A DNA stretch of 64,000 nucleotides, taken from a bacterium. Lineage in GTDB: Bacteria; Bacteroidota; Ignavibacteria; UBA10030. Both the position numbers and the translations under genes were made by a program. The notes under the pieces were generated by a model. That model searched no databases. It was not told the origin of the DNA and saw only the letters and a list, made by a program, of their open reading frames with translations. Shown one piece after another: positions 48,850-59,505 of this stretch; the stretch's first letter is position 1; the number at the start of each line of letters is the position of its first letter. The stretch lies in NCBI GenBank assembly GCA_043803945.1, contig JAZDJN010000080.1, forward strand, positions 37,253-101,252, in the 5' to 3' direction.

Positions 48850-49833
48850 TTATGAATGGAGATCGGCAAGGAGTTTCTCAATGATTTGAATTGTCGAGAC
48901 TCCTTCTGCCTCTGCATTAAAGCTTGTCACGATGCGATGGCGGAGTACCGGTGCGGCAAGCGCCTGCACATCGCTGATATCCGGCGTATGGCGGCCGGTG
49001 AGTAACGCGCGGGTTTTGGCTCCAAGTATTAAATACTGCGATGCGCGCGGGCCTGCTCCCCAGCGAATCCAATTATTGACATAGGCGGGAGCACCTGCAC
49101 TCTTCGGACGTGTTTTGGCGACAAGTTGTACGGCAAACTGGATGACATTTTCCGCGACCGGCACGCGCCGCACAAGATCCTGAAACGCAATAATGTCGTT
49201 TGCACCAAGGATATGCTGAACGTTCGGAACATACGGGCTTGTCGTTGACTGGACAATAGCAACTTCTTCCTTCGCCGTTGGATAATCGAGCCACAGATTG
49301 AACATAAACCTATCGAGCTGGGCTTCCGGAAGCGGATAGGTTCCCTCCTGTTCGATCGGGTTCTGTGTTGCCAGCACAAAGAATGGTTCCTGGAGTATAT
49401 ACGTTTGCCCGGCGGCAGTAACGTGATGTTCCTGCATTGCTTCCAGGAGGGCAGATTGGGTTTTCGGCGGAGTCCGGTTAATTTCATCGGCGAGAATAAT
49501 GTTGGCAAACACCGGTCCTTGGACAAACTTAAATGCCTTTTGCCCCGTCGAGACATTTTCTTCGATCACTTCAGTACCGGTGATGTCGCTCGGCATGAGA
49601 TCTGGAGTAAATTGAATCCGCCTGAATTTGAGGTCGAGGGCTTCAGCAAGGGTTTTTATCAGGAGGGTCTTGGCAAGTCCCGGCACACCGATAAGGAGGC
49701 AGTGCCCCCGGGAAAGCAACGAAATAAAGAGGTGCTCAATGATGCTCTCCTGTCCGATGATGGCCTTTCCAATTTCCGCGCGCAGATCTTTGTACGATTG
49801 AGAGAGTTTTGCAGCCGCTTCGATATCCGACAT
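48850..49833 (-). CDS. MoxR-family AAA+ ATPase
   Basis: GVPGLAKT, RIQFTPDLMPSD, DEINR.PPKTQSALLEAMQE, ATQNPIEQEGTYPLPEAQLDRF. Confidence 0.96.
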   Translation of the reverse strand: MSDIEAAAKLSQSYKDLRAEIGKAIIGQESIIEHLFISLLSRGHCLLIGVPGLAKTLLIKTLAEALDLKFRRIQFTPDLMPSDITGTEVIEENVSTGQKAFKFVQGPVFANIILADEINRTPPKTQSALLEAMQEHHVTAAGQTYILQEPFFVLATQNPIEQEGTYPLPEAQLDRFMFNLWLDYPTAKEEVAIVQSTTSPYVPNVQHILGANDIIAFQDLVRRVPVAENVIQFAVQLVAKTRPKSAGAPAYVNNWIRWGAGPRASQYLILGAKTRALLTGRHTPDISDVQALAAPVLRHRIVTSFNAEAEGVSTIQIIEKLLADLHS

Positions 49834-49919
49834 AGTGTTTTGTTTTTTCTCAGGTTATGAATTCTTTTATCAATCTCAATGAACTCGGTGTCTCTGTGGC
49901 AGATTTTTCAACCGGCTCT

Positions 49920-51209
49920 CTATAGGCGAATTTCCCAATAAATGTTCTTTTTCATCGCTTCAACCAATTCGGCAAACTTCCGGTTCCGCAGCATCACCAT
50001 CGTATAGCGCTCGATCAACTTGTAATCCTTTTCAAGTGAAGCCTTATGTTCGGGAATCTGTTTGCGCAACTGGACAATTTGAAATCCATAATTCGTTTTA
50101 AAGGTAATGCGATGCGGTTCGCTGATCTGACCGTCCTGTAATCCCTTGACCACTGTTGCAAAGTCGGCATCAAGCTGATCCAGTGTGACAAGACCGAGGT
50201 CGCCGCCCGCGATTTTTGTATCCTCATCCTGTGAGTACTGCCGCGCGAGTACTGGAAATGATTCGCCATTCTGAATCCGCACTTTCAATTGCCGTAGCTG
50301 ATTCACCGCTGCTGAATCGCTGGCCGCACCGCGTTCCACACGGAGGAGAATATGGCGGGCATGAACAGATTCCCCACGCCGCTCCATTAGTTGAATAACA
50401 TGAAATCCAAAATCCGTTTTAATGACAGGAGAAATTTCTTTTTCCTGCAGGCCGAAGACGCTTTCTTCAAATTCTCTGACAAACACGCCGCGTTTCGCCC
50501 AGCCCAGATCGCCTCCATATGCGCCGCTTCCATCGAGAGAATACCGCTTTGCAAAATCCGCAAAGTCGCCGCCTGCCACAATACTATCTCGAATCGCAGT
50601 TAACTTTTTTTCTGCCTGTGCTTCCAGAGACGAATCAGGTTTCGGAAGAATGAAGATATGGCTCAGCTCATATTGCTCCGGCACCTTTGGAATACTATCC
50701 TTATATGATTCATAGAACTCCTCGATCTGGCGTTTCCCGACCTGGAGCGTTGCTTCTTTCATTTGCCTGAACCGCATGATGATCAGTTGTTTCCGCAATT
50801 CGGGCCGGGCATCACGCTTAATCCTGCTCACCGGCTTGCCGAAGTACTGTTCCAGGCGCTCCTCCGATCCGGCCTGACGCAGAAACTCCTGTATACGCTC
50901 ATCGACCGCCCGCGTCACCTCTTCTTCGGTCACCATCACACTATCGAGGATCGCCTGCGCTAAAATCAATTTCTCACTCATGATGGCATCGAGCATCTGC
51001 TGCTTCAATCCCGGTTGGGAGGCTTCGACACGGTTCTGGTAGGCGTAGATATTCACCCGCTCATTGAGTTCGGATTCCGTAATGATTTCTTTATCAACGA
51101 TGGCGACAATACGGTCGAGCACCTGCTGCGCGAAGAGCAGTTGTGAGCAGCCTATCATGAGGCCAACGAACACAAGCACTGCAACTGTGGATCGTTTGAT
51201 AATGGACAT
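49920..51209 (-). CDS. surA: SurA-like periplasmic chaperone / parvulin PPIase
   Basis: DRIVAIV...IITESEL N-domain, two parvulin domains (F..LA..YS.D...GGDLG). Confidence 0.85.
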   Translation of the reverse strand: MSIIKRSTVAVLVFVGLMIGCSQLLFAQQVLDRIVAIVDKEIITESELNERVNIYAYQNRVEASQPGLKQQMLDAIMSEKLILAQAILDSVMVTEEEVTRAVDERIQEFLRQAGSEERLEQYFGKPVSRIKRDARPELRKQLIIMRFRQMKEATLQVGKRQIEEFYESYKDSIPKVPEQYELSHIFILPKPDSSLEAQAEKKLTAIRDSIVAGGDFADFAKRYSLDGSGAYGGDLGWAKRGVFVREFEESVFGLQEKEISPVIKTDFGFHVIQLMERRGESVHARHILLRVERGAASDSAAVNQLRQLKVRIQNGESFPVLARQYSQDEDTKIAGGDLGLVTLDQLDADFATVVKGLQDGQISEPHRITFKTNYGFQIVQLRKQIPEHKASLEKDYKLIERYTMVMLRNRKFAELVEAMKKNIYWEIRL

Positions 51210-51218
51210 AGAAAACTC

Positions 51219-52091
51219 CTATTGTGGTACCTTCCCCTGCGATGAATCCTGTTCGGGCGGTCGAAGAAGAATCTGGATTGAATGCTGCGACCGCAGGTTC
51301 TCCATCATTGCATTGAGTAACCGCTGCCGGCGCTGCATTGCGAGGCGGTTGCGGATTTCCGGAGCCGCATAATTCTCATCGGCCGGCTGCCCCTGGCGTA
51401 CTATCTTCCAGACCATGAGAATAAAGTAGCCGTCATTGGTCTTTACCGGAAAGGATGGTTCTCCCACTCTCATGTTAGTCGCCATCCGCCATAATTCAAC
51501 AGGGAGCAGGGTATATTGGTTGAAATACACCGAATCGACATGCCCCGCGATGAACCTGGCCTGACCGGACGTTTTAATAAAGGACTCCATTGCCTGATGC
51601 CAAGTGCTTCCGGTCAGGATTGTGTTCCTGAACGAATTCGACGCATCGCGGTCCGTGAAGAGCACATAACTGACCAGAACAATATCCTGTGTCAGGGTAA
51701 ATTCATTCCGATGAGCAGTAAAATAGTCCGACACTTCCTGGGGTGTCGTCGTCGAAGTTTTTTCGTTGTAGATTTCCTCTTCCAGCAATGCACTTATAAT
51801 AAGCTGTCGGCGGGATTCCTCGACGCGTTTGGCAATCTGTTCACTTTTATCGATCCCGCGCCGGAGTGCCTCTCGATAGAGAATCTCATTATTCATCCAG
51901 CGCTGAACGTACTCCTGCATTTGTGCCCGGGTAATTCCCCGGGTCGAATCTAATTCTGCCTTGACATCGGCAAGAGTCAAGGTCTGTCCATCAATACGAG
52001 CAACCGCCGCCTGCTCGTCCTTCTGGCTTCCACAACCGCAAAGCAGAACCAGCAGTATAAGACTAATCCGTGTCTTACCGTGCTTCGCCAC
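51219..52091 (-). CDS. Parvulin-like PPIase lipoprotein (GTG start assumed)
   Basis: Lipobox LCG-C, VARI.G..LT..D, degenerate rotamase domain; lies between PPIase genes. Confidence 0.75.
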   Translation of the reverse strand: MAKHGKTRISLILLVLLCGCGSQKDEQAAVARIDGQTLTLADVKAELDSTRGITRAQMQEYVQRWMNNEILYREALRRGIDKSEQIAKRVEESRRQLIISALLEEEIYNEKTSTTTPQEVSDYFTAHRNEFTLTQDIVLVSYVLFTDRDASNSFRNTILTGSTWHQAMESFIKTSGQARFIAGHVDSVYFNQYTLLPVELWRMATNMRVGEPSFPVKTNDGYFILMVWKIVRQGQPADENYAAPEIRNRLAMQRRQRLLNAMMENLRSQHSIQILLRPPEQDSSQGKVPQ

Positions 52092-54066
52092 CAGCGACCC
52101 TCTTGAATGCTTGAGCAAGTTTTTCCCGGTCAATCGTTACAGGATATTTATTTTTTAAGGATTTTACCCATTCCTCCGACCGTACTTTTGTCACCTCTTC
52201 AACACAGCGGCCTGCGAGTTCGGAGACTGCCTCATCAAATGTCTTTACTCTCGATGAATCTTTGCCCAGAACTTTTACAATGGACCAGCCATAGCTGCTC
52301 TGGAACGGAGCACTGATACTATCGACCGCCAGCGGTGCGGCAACTCGGGAAAGTTCATTAACGTCGGCGGTATGCAAACCCCAGAGACCTTTTTTCTCCT
52401 TATATCCGGGACGGACGGTATACTGGGCTGCTAGCTCCTGGAAATCGGCACCATGGATTGTCCGGTCATAGAGCACTTTGCACAAACTGTCGCTCGAGAC
52501 TGCAATCTCGGCGAAACTCGTGCGATCGGGCCATCGAAATTGCTCTTTATTCTTCTCATAGAACGCATGCAAGGTGGAATCGTTTACGCTGGTTTTTAAC
52601 CACACTGCCTCCTGCTCGATGCGATACATAAGAATTCCCTCTTCGTATTCGCTCATCAGATTTTCAAATCCAGCCACATAGGCCGTCGATTGCAGTGTCT
52701 GCTCCTCTAATGTCTTTACTTCCATAATACGGGAAAGGATTGTGCGAACATTATCCGGAATCAATTTCGTTTGTTTGAACTCATCGGTCGAGCTGATAAA
52801 TGATATAAAATCATTAACGGTAAAAATTTTCTGAGCATACGAGAAGATTGTCTTTTTCCGCAGTTCGGGCGTCAATGCGTCTGCCCAAAGCGAATCTGAC
52901 GCCGTTGCCGCTGAATCGAACGAGGTCGAGACTGTCTGCGCTACCGACGAATCTACGGAGAGTCGGAACTTTTTCTTCATCTGCGCCACGTACTGCTGGA
53001 AATCTGTATTAAAGGAGCGCGATTGGTACTGCGTACGGATATCCTTTTCCGACTCCTGGAACGAAGCGACGTCCTTTACTTCTGTGAGTTTGAAGATGTG
53101 ATAACCGTAAGGCTGCCGTATCGGTTCTGTCATTGCCCCAACCTTCATGGAGTAGAACAGATCGGAGAACTGCGGAGGAATCTGAGTGAGTTCATACGAT
53201 CCGATATCGCCGCCGCGGGTGCTGCTGCCATCATCCTGGCTGTAGAGCATTGCTGCAGAATCGAAAGGCATTCCATGGGTAAGCTTACCATAGATTGTGA
53301 TTATTGAATCCTTCACGGTAAGACTGTCGAGCAGGTTCTCCGAAAATCTCCGGAGGATGTGGCTTATCCGAACCATCCCTCGAGCGGGCCGCCGATTGGT
53401 AATTTTAATAATGTGGTAGCCAAACTGAGTGCGGACCGGAACACGGGTGATTTCGCCCGCATTCATTGCATAGCATGCATCTTCAAATTCAGGTACTAAT
53501 TTCCCGATGGAAAAAAAGCCCAGATCACCCTTGTTCGATGTTACACTTTCATCCTCGGAATACCGGACTGCCAGTGAATCGAACGGTTCCGTTGCTATCT
53601 GCGCGATTATCTTCATAGCTTTTTCGTATGGTTCGACAGTATCTTTAGCGGCAGCATCGGTCGGAACACGCAGCAGAATGTGGCTCGCTCTGATTTCCTC
53701 CTTCTTACGGTCGTAGATGGCCTTTATTTTAGGCTGTACCATGTCCTTTTCTATAATATATGAACTTGCCACCGAGGCGCGATAGGCTTTTATTTCCGAT
53801 TGAAGCAGGGAGTCCTTGTCCAACCCCTGCGCACGGGCCTCTTTAACCTTTAACCGAAATTTAAGAAGTAAATCGAGATATTTTTCACGGTCCTCAAGAG
53901 AGGATTTTGAGGCCTGCTCCCAACCGCCATTTGATTTTGCATAAGAATCCTCGAACTCATTGAGGGATATATATTCGTTGCCTAAGGTTGCAACCGTCGG
54001 AACGCTGCCGGAACACCCGGCGAAAATGATCGAAATAAATATCAATGTGATACACCACTTATTCAT
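52075..54066 (-). CDS. Multi-domain parvulin PPIase lipoprotein
   Basis: Lipobox FAG-C, IRASHIL, GDLGFF, VRTQFGYHII, second HIL...GGDIG domain. Confidence 0.9.
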   Translation of the reverse strand: MNKWCITLIFISIIFAGCSGSVPTVATLGNEYISLNEFEDSYAKSNGGWEQASKSSLEDREKYLDLLLKFRLKVKEARAQGLDKDSLLQSEIKAYRASVASSYIIEKDMVQPKIKAIYDRKKEEIRASHILLRVPTDAAAKDTVEPYEKAMKIIAQIATEPFDSLAVRYSEDESVTSNKGDLGFFSIGKLVPEFEDACYAMNAGEITRVPVRTQFGYHIIKITNRRPARGMVRISHILRRFSENLLDSLTVKDSIITIYGKLTHGMPFDSAAMLYSQDDGSSTRGGDIGSYELTQIPPQFSDLFYSMKVGAMTEPIRQPYGYHIFKLTEVKDVASFQESEKDIRTQYQSRSFNTDFQQYVAQMKKKFRLSVDSSVAQTVSTSFDSAATASDSLWADALTPELRKKTIFSYAQKIFTVNDFISFISSTDEFKQTKLIPDNVRTILSRIMEVKTLEEQTLQSTAYVAGFENLMSEYEEGILMYRIEQEAVWLKTSVNDSTLHAFYEKNKEQFRWPDRTSFAEIAVSSDSLCKVLYDRTIHGADFQELAAQYTVRPGYKEKKGLWGLHTADVNELSRVAAPLAVDSISAPFQSSYGWSIVKVLGKDSSRVKTFDEAVSELAGRCVEEVTKVRSEEWVKSLKNKYPVTIDREKLAQAFKRVAGGEAR

Positions 54067-54181
54067 CCGATGCTCCTGAGTATGTTTATTGAATTACTGA
54101 TTATGAAAAATTAACCAAAAATGACCCGTCAAACAAGGAATAATTCCCTCAAGCAGGCCCTATTATAAGAATGAGAGAGTA

Positions 54182-54220
54182 AAGCCGAATGGTTTCAATC
54201 TTGAAGAAACCATCCGGCTT
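54182..54220. terminator. Hairpin, probable terminator
   Basis: AAGCCGAATGGTTTC-N9-GAAACCATCCGGCTT. Confidence 0.6.
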
Positions 54221-54274
54221 CATCAGTTAACAATCCCTGTCTCTGAAAACACAACAACCCAACCAAGATAAAAA

Positions 54275-54646
54275 TTACCGAACGAAAATTGTACCGTCGT
54301 TTCGTATGATCCCAAGATTGTTAAACTTACTTCCATCCATAACTTCCAGCATCCCTTTGTTCGTCACAGTTAACATTGCATTAGATTGAATGACTAACCA
54401 GGCAATCCTCACCGTATCTGACAAGATTAGTGCATGATGTTAAACAATGGTTACTTCATGAGAAACGCTGTCGGGTGGTGTGAGCGCCGCTTTCCATGTT
54501 GTACCATCGAACTGCTGCCACGTTGTTGCTTTACTCCAATCTCCTGAGACAGATGAACGGTACTCTCCAATGTTCTGACTCAAAGCCGGCAGTGGAATAA
54601 TGCAAAGGATGAACAACAGAGAGGAAGAACGCACGATGTGTGTCAT
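54275..54646 (-). pseudogene. Small secreted protein with an internal TAA
   Basis: AAGGAG RBS, signal peptide, YRSSVSGDWS..TTWQ.FDG..W motif; after the stop at 54440-54442 the frame continues HHALILSDTVRIAWL...NNLGIIRNDGTIFVR*. Confidence 0.7.
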
Positions 54647-54733
54647 ACTATCTCCTTTCATGATGATGTGTGAGGCGAGATGACAGTGCGTGAATTCGAG
54701 AATCAGTTAAATGTAATTTCTGTGTCGATCTTC

Positions 54734-55630
54734 TTACGCTCCTGTTTTAACAAGTTCTTTCTTCCTCTTCAGAACCTGGTTCGCGCGCCAGCTTTGCACT
54801 TCGAACCACTGCGGTGAAGTTGACGACCGAACGAAAAATTTATCCTGACCCTTCAGTTGGAAAAAGGTGAGATGAGTGCTGCCAACGGTGATTTGCGCAG
54901 CAGCTTTTGGCGGTGCTGTAAAAGCTGTATCGATGAAATCATCGGTCTGAAATTCACTGAGCGAGGAGAGGACTCCCTCTACAACTGAGGATTGTGTCGA
55001 ATCTTTCCCTATCATCCATGTACTGTCTTTCCACGTCAGGGCAAAGATGGTATCGCCATATTGGTATTTAACCTCCTGAATTTTTTCCCGTGGCACCTTG
55101 CAGATAAGCCGATCACGCCATTCTTTCAGCGGTTTTGTGAAGATATAACTCAGCGACGATCCGACAAGAATAACATCATTGGAGTTTGACTTCCGCACAT
55201 ACGTTTCAGAATACGAGTTACCCGGCTTGCCGATAATAAACGATGCTGTCTCAACACCTTGTTGATAAATTTTTACAAGACTTCCTGTGGAATCAACCTG
55301 GAATACAGATTGCTTTTCGGGCTTGCTCGAGACGATACTCTTGATTTCCATCCTTTTTGTTTCCTGGATTACACTTGCCACATTGTTTTGATCGGCACGA
55401 TAGGAAATCGGTTTTTGGAGATACCATTCGACTCCCTTTTTCTCAAGTACTACCGTGCTTGTCGGTGATGTAATTTCAATCTTGTCGACCGCCAGCGAAT
55501 CGATGGCAACCAGATTACCGGCGCTATCCGTCGCAGCACTCTGTTCACCCGGCTGTTGAGTAACCAGATAGGCAACTAAAAGAAGAACGATAAAGAGACC
55601 GCCAAGAATATATGTTTTTCGAGTCATCAT
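54734..55630 (-). CDS. DUF4340-like membrane-anchored protein (Gld ABC-associated)
   Basis: N-terminal TM, W....P....AD, IGK....TYVR, WRDR motifs; downstream of the gldG-like gene. Confidence 0.8.
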   Translation of the reverse strand: MMTRKTYILGGLFIVLLLVAYLVTQQPGEQSAATDSAGNLVAIDSLAVDKIEITSPTSTVVLEKKGVEWYLQKPISYRADQNNVASVIQETKRMEIKSIVSSKPEKQSVFQVDSTGSLVKIYQQGVETASFIIGKPGNSYSETYVRKSNSNDVILVGSSLSYIFTKPLKEWRDRLICKVPREKIQEVKYQYGDTIFALTWKDSTWMIGKDSTQSSVVEGVLSSLSEFQTDDFIDTAFTAPPKAAAQITVGSTHLTFFQLKGQDKFFVRSSTSPQWFEVQSWRANQVLKRKKELVKTGA

Positions 55631-55694
55631 GATTTTCCATCTCCATCAACAAGAATAGCTTCAATGATTCAAAGGTTCGAAGGTCAAAGGGTCA

Positions 55695-55763
55695 AAGGTT
55701 TAAGGTTTAAGGTTTAAGGTTTAAGGTTTAAGGTTTAAGGTTTAAGGTTTAAGGTTTAAGGTT
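55695..55763. repeat. Heptamer tandem repeat (AAGGTTT) x9 plus a partial unit
   Basis: Perfect units 55695-55757 preceded by degenerate units; related degenerate array at about 58235-58262. Confidence 0.95.
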
Positions 55764-55858
55764 CCTTTTCCCCGCCTCCCATTTCTCCCCTTCCCCCTCT
55801 CTCCCAATCTCACCTCTCCACACCCTCTTACTCTCTCATCCTCTTACACTCATTTCCG

Positions 55859-57418
55859 TCACCCTGCATTTTCAAGCATTTTCTTCAACGTCACTCGCCG
55901 GCGCCATCGGAAAATTCCATAGGCAACGATGAGCATGGGGGGGCCGATAAGGTTACCATACTTCAGCATTTTTTTCGTCCCGTCGGAAAGCTGCTCCAAC
56001 GGGGGCGTTGTCACATTCTTCGAACGGATGGTGATTAACCCTGCATCGTCGGCGAGGTAATCGACGATATTGATAAAGAAGGTGAGGTTTGCCTGGCTCC
56101 CGAGATATTCATCCTTCATGAAATCGCCGTCGCCAACGACAATGACCCGTGTCTGCGGACTTGTTGTGACTGCAGGGGCAGGCTGTTTGCCTTCAAAGAA
56201 GCTCTTGAATGATCCCTCCACTGTAGCCGCCATCGGGATGCCGTTTTCCGCCAGGTCAGCCGGAGTATACTTTTGAAATGGATCGATCATAAAAAATCCA
56301 GTTTGCCGGCCGCTCTGTTTCGACGAGCGAATCATGACCTGTGCCTTGAGGCCTTTTGCCGATGCCGCTGCGGTATCGACCGAGCTGACAAAGTAGAACA
56401 TGACGTTCTGTAAATCTTTTACAATCATGTTATCCTTGTTGAAGTTTGATGCGATCGGGATGTAAGGGAAGGGCACCTGGCTCTGAAACCGGATGAATCC
56501 CTGTTGCTGCATTACCGAGATGCTTGCACACTGGGCGTCGCGGATCAAATCGGGATTGATGCGTACTCCATAGTGCTGCAGCATCTCATCGAGCCCAAGC
56601 TCAACGGGGTATCCCATAGGAGGTCGGCCCTGCTGGTTTTGAAGGCTGGCATTAACACGGTTCAGCAGGAATGCCACTTTTCCGCCCTTCATAAGGTATT
56701 GATCGATCAGAAATTTGGCGCTGTCTGAAAATTGTGCCTGGGGAGAGATCACGAGCAGTGCAGCGATGTCCGCAAGAACGGGTTGATCCTTCGTGAGGTC
56801 CACCGAGGAAATGTCGTACTGCTGCGAGAGCATTTGATACGCCTGGCGCATCGCCGCCATTTCGCCCTCTTGATGACCCGCAGAAAGGCCGATTTTCTTT
56901 TTCGTCCGCGTGGTCAATCGTTTCAGAGCGCTGCTGATGTCGTATTCCAGGGTACTAAGGTTTTGAATAACGGGAATTACTTCCTTCTTGTCCTCATACA
57001 GCATTATCAATCCCAGGTAGCCGCGCTTTACTTCGAGCTTGTCTTCGTTTACCACCTGCACCTGTACGGGAGCTATACCCTGTTGTTGTGCCTCCTGTTC
57101 ACCCTTCTCACCCTGCGGATTGATGAACTCGTACGTTACGTTCCCGCCGGCGTACGCTTTATACTCATTCAGGATATCGAGCACCGCCCTGCGGTTGTTG
57201 TTATAGGGTGCCGGGAGATCTTCTGTGAAATACGCCTTCACGGTCACACGGTCGTCGAAGTTCTTCACGAGTGTCCTGCTCGCATCGGAGAGTGTGTATA
57301 CACCCTGATCGGTAAGATCGAGCCGGCCGAAGAGCCGGATGGAGATAAAATTCACCACAATGAGAATTGCAATGGTGAGCAGCAAACGGATAATGACTTG
57401 GGTCTTTTTCTTATTCAT
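55859..57418 (-). CDS. gldG: GldG-like ABC transporter auxiliary protein
   Basis: RLDLT....YTLSDAS, LEYDISSAL, GHQE, IDQYLMKGG, VVGDGDF, LITIRSK. Confidence 0.85.
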   Translation of the reverse strand: MNKKKTQVIIRLLLTIAILIVVNFISIRLFGRLDLTDQGVYTLSDASRTLVKNFDDRVTVKAYFTEDLPAPYNNNRRAVLDILNEYKAYAGGNVTYEFINPQGEKGEQEAQQQGIAPVQVQVVNEDKLEVKRGYLGLIMLYEDKKEVIPVIQNLSTLEYDISSALKRLTTRTKKKIGLSAGHQEGEMAAMRQAYQMLSQQYDISSVDLTKDQPVLADIAALLVISPQAQFSDSAKFLIDQYLMKGGKVAFLLNRVNASLQNQQGRPPMGYPVELGLDEMLQHYGVRINPDLIRDAQCASISVMQQQGFIRFQSQVPFPYIPIASNFNKDNMIVKDLQNVMFYFVSSVDTAAASAKGLKAQVMIRSSKQSGRQTGFFMIDPFQKYTPADLAENGIPMAATVEGSFKSFFEGKQPAPAVTTSPQTRVIVVGDGDFMKDEYLGSQANLTFFINIVDYLADDAGLITIRSKNVTTPPLEQLSDGTKKMLKYGNLIGPPMLIVAYGIFRWRRRVTLKKMLENAG

Positions 57419-57450
57419 AGGTTAACCATACGTTGAGATCGTTGTTCACA

Positions 57451-58191
57451 TTACCACTTCCGCCGCTCAAGCGAAACGACGCTGAGATACAGCATCACAC
57501 CTATCATCGAGAGAAAGTAAATCACATCGCGGGTGTCGATCACGCCGCGTGCAATATTCGAGAAATGAAAATCGATACCGAGAAATTCGATCGTGCTGGT
57601 GAGCGCTTCAGGAACGTAAATTAAAATCTTATCCAGCATGAAGAGAATAAAGACAAACACAAAACCGACGATAAAGGCAACGACCTGATTATCTGTGAGG
57701 CTCGATGCAAAGAGTCCGATGGCGATGTAGACGCCTGCCATGAGCATCAAGCCGAAGTACCCGCCAATGACCGGACCGTTATCGATCGATCCTATGAATG
57801 CAATGGTACCATAATAGACAAGTGTTAACGCCATGGCGATGCCAATCAGCGCCCATGCGGCAAGGAATTTTCCAAACACAATCTCCACATCGTGCAACGG
57901 CTTGGTGGTGAGCAGCTCAATTGTTCCGGATTTTTTCTCCTCCGAGAGCAAGCGCATGGTAATCGCCGGTGCAACAAACAGCAAGATCGCTGGCACAAGC
58001 TCGAACATTAATCGCAACGAAGCGACATTGGCCAGAAAGAGATTGCTCGTGTGAAACCAGCCAATGATTCCAAGGAAAACAACAATGACAACATAGGCCA
58101 TCGCTGAATTGAAGTACGAGCGAATCTCCCGCTGGAAGATCGCTCCCACGTTATCATACTGCCGGACATAGGTTTTGAGATCAAACGTCAT
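57451..58191 (-). CDS. gldF: GldF-like ABC permease
   Basis: REIRSYFNS..AY, PAITMRLLSEEKKSGTIELLTTKP, GVIDTRD. Confidence 0.88.
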   Translation of the reverse strand: MTFDLKTYVRQYDNVGAIFQREIRSYFNSAMAYVVIVVFLGIIGWFHTSNLFLANVASLRLMFELVPAILLFVAPAITMRLLSEEKKSGTIELLTTKPLHDVEIVFGKFLAAWALIGIAMALTLVYYGTIAFIGSIDNGPVIGGYFGLMLMAGVYIAIGLFASSLTDNQVVAFIVGFVFVFILFMLDKILIYVPEALTSTIEFLGIDFHFSNIARGVIDTRDVIYFLSMIGVMLYLSVVSLERRKW

Positions 58192-58328
58192 AGTAATTTC
58201 CAATTGTGGAAAAACTGTTTACTGTTATAAATTCAAGGTTTAAAGTTTAAGGGTTTAAGGTTCACTATCTATCGCTTATCGTTTTCCTTCCCCCGCTTAC
58301 CTTCGTACACTCTTACTCTCTTACCCTC

Positions 58329-59279
58329 TCACGAGTCCGCTCTAGTCAACTCATGGAATACCTCTTCAAGGCTCGTCACCTTGCGCGAGAGTTCCATCAG
58401 CACCCATTTCTCTTCCACTGCCTGCCGGAACAGATCTTCCCGGACATCGCAGCCCTTTGCTGCATAGACAATGAACCGGTGGAGATCGCCATCCTGACCG
58501 CCATATTCGAGCGACTCAACATTCGCCAGTGCTTTGATCTTCGGATACATTTCCGTCATGGCATTGGCAACATTGGCTTTCAACTCAAGCGTCACCGATT
58601 CCGATCCGTGAAACTCCTTCTTCAATTGATCGGGAGTGCCATCGGCGACAATGCTTCCTTCGTCGATGATGATCACCCGGTCGCATGTTGCCTGCACTTC
58701 GGTGAGAATGTGTGTTGAGAGAATCACGGTCTTTGCCCGACCGAGCTGTTTGATGAGGTTACGGATTTCGATGATCTGGTTCGGATCGAGTCCGCTCGTC
58801 GGCTCGTCGAGAATGAGTACTTCGGGGTCGTGGATCATCGCCTGTGCAAGCCCAACACGCTGACGGTATCCTTTGGACAACTCACCGATATCCTTGTGTC
58901 GAACCTCCTTTAATCCACACACCTCGATCATCTGGGCAAGCTGCTGTTTCACGCGGCTCTTTTCAAGCCGGTGGAGCTTTGCCGCATACTCCAGGTATTC
59001 GATCACATTCATATCCATATAGAGCGGATTTAACTCGGGGAGGTAACCGATTTTCCGGCGCACCTCGAAGGAATGCTCGGCGATTGAATAGCCATCGACT
59101 TCGACCGTACCTGCTGTGGGAGGCATATAGCAGGTGATGATCTTCATCGTGGTAGTTTTACCCGCTCCGTTTGGGCCAAGGAAACCGAGGATTTCCCCCG
59201 TTTTGACATCAAAGGAGATGTCTTTTACTGCCTTTTCCTCGCCATAATATTTTGTCAAATTTCGAACCGTAATTGCCAT
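58329..59279 (-). CDS. gldA: GldA-like ABC ATPase
   Basis: GFLGPNGAGKTTTMK, LSKGYRQRVGLAQA..HDPEVLILDEPT.GLDPNQ. Confidence 0.88.
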   Translation of the reverse strand: MAITVRNLTKYYGEEKAVKDISFDVKTGEILGFLGPNGAGKTTTMKIITCYMPPTAGTVEVDGYSIAEHSFEVRRKIGYLPELNPLYMDMNVIEYLEYAAKLHRLEKSRVKQQLAQMIEVCGLKEVRHKDIGELSKGYRQRVGLAQAMIHDPEVLILDEPTSGLDPNQIIEIRNLIKQLGRAKTVILSTHILTEVQATCDRVIIIDEGSIVADGTPDQLKKEFHGSESVTLELKANVANAMTEMYPKIKALANVESLEYGGQDGDLHRFIVYAAKGCDVREDLFRQAVEEKWVLMELSRKVTSLEEVFHELTRADS

Positions 59280-59470
59280 GCGACTCTATCTATTTATGTA
59301 TGGATATGGTATGCTTTAAAGCCTGCTGCAGATTTTCGGACTACATCAGATCATTAAGCGGTTGCAATGTTAATCAATAGACTAAGAAAAATCAAGGATA
59401 TTGATAAAAATGAGCAAACCATCATTGTTGGCAGTTTAGACGTAGAGAAAGGGTGGAATTGTTCCCAGGT

Positions 59471-59499
59471 TTGATTTTCCTTCTCATTAATCCTACATT
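59471..59499 (+). promoter_or_regulatory. Putative sigma70 promoter
   Basis: TTGATT-N17-TACATT; the -10 also fits the TAnnTTTG pattern. Confidence 0.6.
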
Positions 59500-59505
59500 T
59501 GTCAA

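Noticed and set aside
55695-55763. Possible CRISPR array
   Set aside because: Contiguous 7 bp units with no spacers; no cas genes in the window
56732-57436. 234 aa plus-strand ORF and the many other short antisense ORFs
   Set aside because: They lie wholly opposite well-supported genes and have no recognisable motifs, so they are shadow ORFs
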